A DNA stretch of 64,000 bases, taken from the IMG/VR virus record IMGVR_UViG_3300020084_000003, positions 220,777 through 284,776 of that record. One strand, 5' to 3'. Shown here one piece after another: positions 58,888 through 64,000 of this stretch. How positions within the stretch are numbered: position 1 is the stretch's first letter; every line of letters begins with the position of its first letter. The translations under genes and the position numbers were made by a program. The notes beneath the pieces were generated by a model. That model was given only the letters and a program-made list of their open reading frames with translations, was not told where the DNA came from and did no database searches.

Positions 58888-59016
58888 CTCATCACCCTTT
58901 CATAATAAAATTAAATCTTGTGTGTTGTAACGCTCACCAGCGGGTAATGGCTACCACCCCGTAAGCCTGCGCCATCGTTATCCCCATGATAACTAGTTAC
59001 CAGACTCCATACCTCT

Positions 59017-59379
59017 TTAAACACAATTACTGTATTTATTTTTCTCCCACTGTCTGAACCCAGAAATGGAATACTTATCGCCACCATCTTCTAGATATTC
59101 AGCCATTCGTTTTCTATGTTCTATAACAGAAGGAATCTTACCTAAGAATTTTTCTCTTTTTATTTCTCTGAAACGTTCTCTGCCCTTAAACCACATTTTA
59201 AGATATGCGTTTGTAAACTCAAACACTTCATCTTCTGTCAAAACAATATCCATTTCAGACTCAAAGATCATTGATTTAAAGTCACTAGTTATATTTTCAT
59301 TATAACCCAATCTAGCGTATCTTTTGCCATCCACATTCTCAATAATTACATCTTCTGGATAGATATATGTAGTTCTCAT
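59017..59379 (-). CDS. hypothetical protein (start re-called at MRTTYIY)
   Basis: RBS AGGA; the longer ORF overlaps an ncRNA. Confidence 0.55.
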   Translation of the reverse strand: MRTTYIYPEDVIIENVDGKRYARLGYNENITSDFKSMIFESEMDIVLTEDEVFEFTNAYLKMWFKGRERFREIKREKFLGKIPSVIEHRKRMAEYLEDGGDKYSISGFRQWEKNKYSNCV

Positions 59380-59395
59380 AATATGTTCCTTATAT

Positions 59396-59577
59396 CGGTA
59401 TCGCGGCAGGATTCGAACCTGCATCTAAAGGCATAAGACGCCAATTGCGTTTGAATTATCATCTACTCCACTATAATGACGTTTCGAACCATCACACAAT
59501 CTTCAATGAAATTAAGTTATAACACAAAATGTTCTCAACACACCTGTTTATAACAGCCAAATTTACACCACGCGAAT
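59396..59577 (-). ncRNA. 182-nt RNA with tRNA-like ends
   Basis: TTCGCG-TGGTGTAAATTTGG 5' end; GCAGG-TTCGAAT-CCTGC-CGCGATACCG 3' end. Confidence 0.5.
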
Positions 59578-59602
59578 TCTTAGGATCATATTGATCCTTT
59601 AA

Positions 59603-59679
59603 TGGCGATCCCTGTAGGATTCGAACCTACGACCTAGTGCTTAGAAGGCACTTGCTCTAATCCACTGAGCTAAGGAACC
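59603..59679 (-). tRNA. tRNA-Arg(TCT)
   Basis: AGTGC-CTTCTAA-GCACT, CCA. Confidence 0.95.
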
Positions 59680-59762
59680 AAAACTTTCCGATTTATGGGT
59701 GATATCGGGAACCACTTCTACTGTCTACACTACTATGAAAGCCGTGTCAACAGGTTATTTTC

Positions 59763-59836
59763 TGGATGCCCCTCGTGGATTCGAACCACGGTTTACATAC
59801 TCAAAATATGTCGTCCTGCCGCTAGACGAAGGGGCA
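59763..59836 (-). tRNA. tRNA-Gln(TTG)
   Basis: ACATA-TTTTGAG-TATGT, CCA. Confidence 0.9.
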
Positions 59837-59841
59837 ATATT

Positions 59842-60360
59842 TCATTTAGGTTTAGACCAATATCCTCTCGGTGGTTTAACTATACCCAATGAAACACATC
59901 TTTTAGAGATAGCTTTATCAGAAACATTGTATCTTTTTGCGATTTCAGTTGTAGGAATTTCCCACACTAATTTCTCAAGTTCTTCTTTACTTATCTCAAA
60001 CTTTCTTTTCTTCATAGCACTACAAGCTACCGAACAGCATTTTCTAGGGCTACTTTTTCTATACTCGAAATTTGTTCCACACAATTCACAAGTATATGTA
60101 ACAATCATTCCACCACGATCTTCAAGCATATGAAGTCTAGCATGTTCAGATTTAGTCATAACTTGCAAATTATCAATCTTGTTATTTGCTTTGTCTCTAT
60201 CTTTATGGTGAACTACCTCATCTTCATTAAGAAGTCTACCAGTTTCTTCATACACTACATAATGGTGTTCATTCACTTTACCGTATTTATCCGCGCAAGG
60301 ATGGTCAGGTATTATAGCATACATATATCCTCGGGACTTATCTAAAGTAAATTCTACCAT
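59842..60360 (-). CDS. HNH homing endonuclease with Zn ribbon (start re-called at MVEFTL)
   Basis: EHHYV..EVVHHKDRDKANNKIDNLQVMTKSEHARLH; CELC..CCS..C. Confidence 0.85.
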   Translation of the reverse strand: MVEFTLDKSRGYMYAIIPDHPCADKYGKVNEHHYVVYEETGRLLNEDEVVHHKDRDKANNKIDNLQVMTKSEHARLHMLEDRGGMIVTYTCELCGTNFEYRKSSPRKCCSVACSAMKKRKFEISKEELEKLVWEIPTTEIAKRYNVSDKAISKRCVSLGIVKPPRGYWSKPK

Positions 60361-60384
60361 ATCATTTCTCTCATTATATAAAAT

Positions 60385-60465
60385 TGGCACTCCCGACAGG
60401 ATTCGAACCTGCATCTGCCATCCAGTTACGCTATATAGTTTAGAAGACTACCACGATACGGGAGC
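60385..60465 (-). tRNA. D-armless tRNA-Arg(TCT)-like RNA
   Basis: GCTCCCG/CGGGAGT-G-CCA; anticodon arm GTAGT-CTTCTAA-ACTAT only 7 nt after the acceptor; D-loop-like AACTGGAT in the variable region. Confidence 0.65.
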
Positions 60466-60476
60466 AAAGTAATTAA

Positions 60477-60760
60477 TTCCGATTTATAGATAATCGGGAA
60501 CTGCGCGAATAATCGGGCACCAGAGGACAATTTGTTTTATGCATTTGCTACTATCAGCTTGTCACGACTGACAATGCACATTAACCACATGGGCGGATAA
60601 CTGTCAAGTTCCAATGAGTTCCGATTTAAGGATAATCGGGAACCGACCGTGAGGTTTAATACTCACCGACCACCAGAGGACAATTTGTTTTAAGTGTTTG
60701 TTACTACTGAACTGCCAAATCCAGCAACACTCATTAACCATATAGGTAGATAATTGTCAA
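60477..60760 (-). repeat. tandem duplicated promoter + structured RNA unit (60477-60607, 60619-60760)
   Basis: Shared TTGACA..TGGTTAATG, TAGTA, AAAACAAATTGTCCTCTGGTG, TTCCCGATTATC..AAATCGGAA. Confidence 0.8.
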
Positions 60761-61087
60761 TTTCTAAAACGTCGCACCTGACACAATTTTAAGGATGTAA
60801 AGCCATCCACCATCTAGATATGATTAAATCGCTTTGCATTGCGATAAACTCTTGGCTCATATACTAGTGGCCTCTTCCTTCCTTGTCAAGTAGGATTTTG
60901 CGGTCTTTTGCTTTATACGACGAATTCTAATAATTGTTGTGACTTTCTAGAGGGTATGTTGACTTTCCTCTAACGCTTTTCTCCCATTCACAAACGATCC
61001 GGCTGGCCCAACAAGAAACTTATGTCTCCAATGAGACTGCTTGAAAAGCCCTAAGTCAACGGCCCGGATTCTTTAAAAAGTATTTTG

Positions 61088-61205
61088 CTCGGGCGGCAGG
61101 GTTCGAACCTGCGACCACCTGATTACTTTTGAAGCTTCCCGAATCGAACGGGTATTTACCTTTAGCTTCCACAGTCAGGCGCTCTACCAACTGAGCTACA
61201 CCCGA
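61088..61205 (-). tRNA. tRNA-Asn(GTT) interrupted by a 45-nt insert in the anticodon
   Basis: CCTGA-CTGT|45 nt|TAA-TCAGG; 118 nt = 73 + 45; G73; CCA not encoded. Confidence 0.8.
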
Positions 61206-61228
61206 GCAAAATACTCTTATTTAATTTT

Positions 61229-61313
61229 TGGTAGGCATGGTCGGACTCGAACCGACACGGATTTCTCCACAGCATTTTGAGTGCTGCGCGGCTACCAATT
61301 TCACCACACGCCC
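61229..61313 (-). tRNA. tRNA-Leu(CAA)
   Basis: Class II, CAGCA-CTCAAAA-TGCTG, CCA; paralogue of Leu(TAG). Confidence 0.95.
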
Positions 61314-61379
61314 ACGATAGATGAACTATATCATCTTTCAAAAGCCTTGTCAACAACAAAGTTTTTGAAAGATGATCTT

Positions 61380-61655
61380 TGGTCGGCCAGTGTTATCTTT
61401 GCTTTCGCGTTGACAACTTCGGCGTATCCAAGGATCATCTATACGATATCTGCCCGACGATTTCTAGTTCATACGACCTATCTTGGGTTATTTCTAAGCC
61501 AAGATACTAACCGTATGAACATCTGTGCGCCTTTCCATCATGACAAACGTAGTTTATCATGCGGTCCAGACTCTCTGGCAGATACTTTGCAGGGTCATCG
61601 GACTAACCTATCCTGCGTTACTAAATTTTCAAAAAGCTGGTTTCGTCTTACGTTG
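61380..61655 (-). ncRNA. candidate structured ncRNA (about 275 nt) ending in ACCA
   Basis: Follows TTGACA-17-TATAAA (61661-61689); long hairpin GTTCATACG..CGTATGAAC. Confidence 0.45.
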
Positions 61656-61809
61656 AAACCTTTATAACACTGTTCGCTTTCGCTGTCAAGTGCTATTTCA
61701 TCTTGGGAAGTGTTTCTTTCCAGTGTCGCGTCTGCAACCGTTGGTTTCTTGCTTCTTCCGTTCGATGAGGACGTTATAGCCGATTCGCATCTGGAAGTCA
61801 ACTACTAAA

Positions 61810-61884
61810 TGGTGCTGATAGTGAGGATTGAACTCACGACCTCTTCCTTACCAAGAAAGCGCACTACCACTGTGCTATATCAGC
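61810..61884 (-). tRNA. tRNA-Thr(GGT)
   Basis: CTTTC-TTGGTAA-GGAAG, CCA; late promoter TATAAATA at 61909-61916. Confidence 0.92.
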
Positions 61885-61974
61885 GTAAATTGTCATTGGG
61901 ATAACTATTATTTATATGCAAAGTTGCACAAATTTTACATCTGTGCAACTTTTTTGTTTGAATTTTAATCTAAA

Positions 61975-64000
61975 TCAGGTTGTTTTTGTTACCCAATTTC
62001 TGATATTGGTTCTTTCTGCGTTGGTTGGAACTCTCTTCATTACAACCAACCCCCTTACATTTAGTTCCATGTTAGGTGCAACTCCGCTGAACATTACAGC
62101 TTTAGACGGTTTTCTAATTCTGAAATGTTGTGCCGGAATGGTTCTTTGGTTTACAACTTCACCATTGATTGCATGATATATAACATCATTTCTAATCCAA
62201 CTTTCTACTGTAACCCATACACGATTGTTAGTTGTGCCACCAGTTACATCCAAGCGATCCAACCAGTTACTTGTTGGGTTGTAGCTAATCAAAGGAGAAC
62301 TTACATGACCATTTACACCACACAATACCAAGTTGTCCCAAGAGTTGTTTCCATAGTTTAGACCAAATACAGTTGGAATAGAATTTTCTGTTCCATTTCT
62401 TATTAGCTGGACTTGATATGCAACATAGATATCGCTCTCATCTGTATAGTTGAAAGATGGTGGATTTTGATCCATTGCAGATGTTGCTCTCAAATATCCA
62501 TTTACAACTGTAGGATTATTACCTGTTTTTGTTGGACCTTGATAACCAGTGGAATCCCAACGAATGAAAGTGTCATTTGGCAAAGTTGTATCTGTTCCGC
62601 CAGATGGTGGTGTTTCAGGTGTTGGGGTCGGTGTAGGAGTTGGTGTTGGTGGTGGAGTTACAGGGTTAGAATTTCCGCTAGGTCTAACACCGTCTGTATG
62701 TCTACCATTATTCCAAGCTGAAACTGTATTCAGTGTTGGGAACCAATCACCATCTTCCGGTTTCCAGTAAACTTCATTACCTTGTGAACCGCCCATACCT
62801 GCTGGACCATATTCATTCATAATTTCCCATGAAATTCTACGGAAATAATCGGCTTGTGCCTCAGTTACGTAGTCAGGGCGATGCGGTCTACTAAGTGTTC
62901 TTTGATCTACCTGATATAGCATTGTTGTTATGAATATGGTTGTTCCGAAACATATAACATCATTTGGATGTATTTTGTCCGAACCTGTTCCATCGCCAAA
63001 TAGTGTAGTCAAAGGCATTCTAAATGGTGATGTTCCATTTATAGTATCTTGCCATACACGAAGCATGAAACGATGACCCGGTGCTATCCATACGCGCCAA
63101 TCATCCGGCAAATCTGGGAACAATTGATGCATTTTCCAAGTAATGTAGTCTGCTCTATATTTAAATCTACGCTCATAATCCATAAGCAATGGAAGTGGAT
63201 TGTTATTATTCATATCCAAAGCAGGCCATATACTCCATAGAATGTATTCAGTAGGTCTAAGGTCTTTTTTGCCATCTCTCCATGCTGCTATGGCGAATTT
63301 CATTTCGTAGAACAAGTCTTCAAAAAATACGTCATGATCCGGTGGAGCAACGCCAACATCATTTAGTCCACGCTCAGTAATAACAAGACCATCATATTGA
63401 TTCATATTATCACGTGCGTTCACATCTGCACTGTTATAGTGAAGCCAACGCCACATTGTAGCTGAACCGGGCATTGTTGACTTATAATGCGTAGCCTGTG
63501 GTTCAAATGCAGCACGTGTTCCTCCAACAGCATTAGGATGTATGCTTGTAGTCACACGCATCATACCGCCCGGCCATTCACCGCCACGATGGAAATAACT
63601 ATCCATCAAACTATGGCCTGAGTGAATATAACGCTGTCTGTCGGAAGATGCAACCCTTAACTGTCCAGTTGACGGATTTGTAGGTGGAGTTTCTGGCTCT
63701 TCTGGTTGTTCAGGTTCTTCCGGTAGTTCTGGCTCTTCTGGCAACTCTGGTTCTTCTGGTTCTTCGACTTCTTCAACCTCTGATACCACAATCGGTCCTG
63801 CAAGGCAAGAGAAAACTCTGTATGCAACTCCATTTTGTAGTCCGCTAAGGGTTGAACCGGGTTCCATATTAGTGTAGAAGGAAGCTCCATTCAAGCTATT
63901 TCCACTATTCATACTTGGGACGGCCAAGTATGAAAGTGTTTCGGATTGTGTAAAATCAACAATTACTGGTCTAGCATTTGCTGATGGTGTTATAGTTGGA
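61975..64000 (-). CDS. SGNH-like/lectin-like fibre protein, paralogue of part of ORF 15837 (5' end lies outside the window)
   Basis: Frame stays open to 64000; YIHSGHSLMDSY..PGSA.MWRW..DKIH and WDSTGYQGPTKTG match the 2220-aa protein. Confidence 0.75.
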   Translation of the reverse strand, partial: PTITPSANARPVIVDFTQSETLSYLAVPSMNSGNSLNGASFYTNMEPGSTLSGLQNGVAYRVFSCLAGPIVVSEVEEVEEPEEPELPEEPELPEEPEQPEEPETPPTNPSTGQLRVASSDRQRYIHSGHSLMDSYFHRGGEWPGGMMRVTTSIHPNAVGGTRAAFEPQATHYKSTMPGSATMWRWLHYNSADVNARDNMNQYDGLVITERGLNDVGVAPPDHDVFFEDLFYEMKFAIAAWRDGKKDLRPTEYILWSIWPALDMNNNNPLPLLMDYERRFKYRADYITWKMHQLFPDLPDDWRVWIAPGHRFMLRVWQDTINGTSPFRMPLTTLFGDGTGSDKIHPNDVICFGTTIFITTMLYQVDQRTLSRPHRPDYVTEAQADYFRRISWEIMNEYGPAGMGGSQGNEVYWKPEDGDWFPTLNTVSAWNNGRHTDGVRPSGNSNPVTPPPTPTPTPTPTPETPPSGGTDTTLPNDTFIRWDSTGYQGPTKTGNNPTVVNGYLRATSAMDQNPPSFNYTDESDIYVAYQVQLIRNGTENSIPTVFGLNYGNNSWDNLVLCGVNGHVSSPLISYNPTSNWLDRLDVTGGTTNNRVWVTVESWIRNDVIYHAINGEVVNQRTIPAQHFRIRKPSKAVMFSGVAPNMELNVRGLVVMKRVPTNAERTNIRNWVTKTT

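Noticed and set aside
60925-61075. RNase P RNA suggested by GAGGAAAGTC
   Set aside because: No complementary P4 3' strand (ACAGAA..CGGCTTA) could be paired; left unassigned
61088-61205. Group I intron in tRNA-Asn
   Set aside because: 45 nt, with no P7 or catalytic core

Overview
AT-rich segment of a large T4-like myophage genome (gp59 helicase loader, gp33 late co-activator, TATAAATA late promoters), transcribed almost entirely from the minus strand. 1-6.1 kb: replication and nucleotide-metabolism genes. 6.1-32.7 kb: large late, probably virion-associated fibre proteins carrying collagen repeats and carbohydrate-active domains (G8/beta-helix, SGNH, GH16, GH-A-like). 33-62 kb: a very large RNA-gene region with about 30 tRNA or tRNA-like genes, 7 of the window's 8 free-standing homing endonucleases, many sigma70-type promoters, small hypothetical ORFs and an outer-membrane beta-barrel gene. 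A tRNA-His with A73 and no G-1, plus the OMP type, point to an alphaproteobacterial (probably Rhodobacterales/Rhizobiales) host. Most notable: (i) a 10-copy covarying RNA 'handle' (stem-CAGCAA...stem-TG) wrapped around variable tRNA-derived cargo, three copies being circularly permuted tRNA domains in YrlA/two-piece-tmRNA topology; (ii) a tRNA-Asn split in its anticodon by a 45-nt insert that itself mimics a tRNA elbow; (iii) a mimic of the 23S rRNA L11/GTPase-associated centre with a 175-nt insertion; (iv) several armless, anticodon-less or body-swapped tRNAs. All RNA structures were folded by eye and protein families assigned from motifs; no database search was run.
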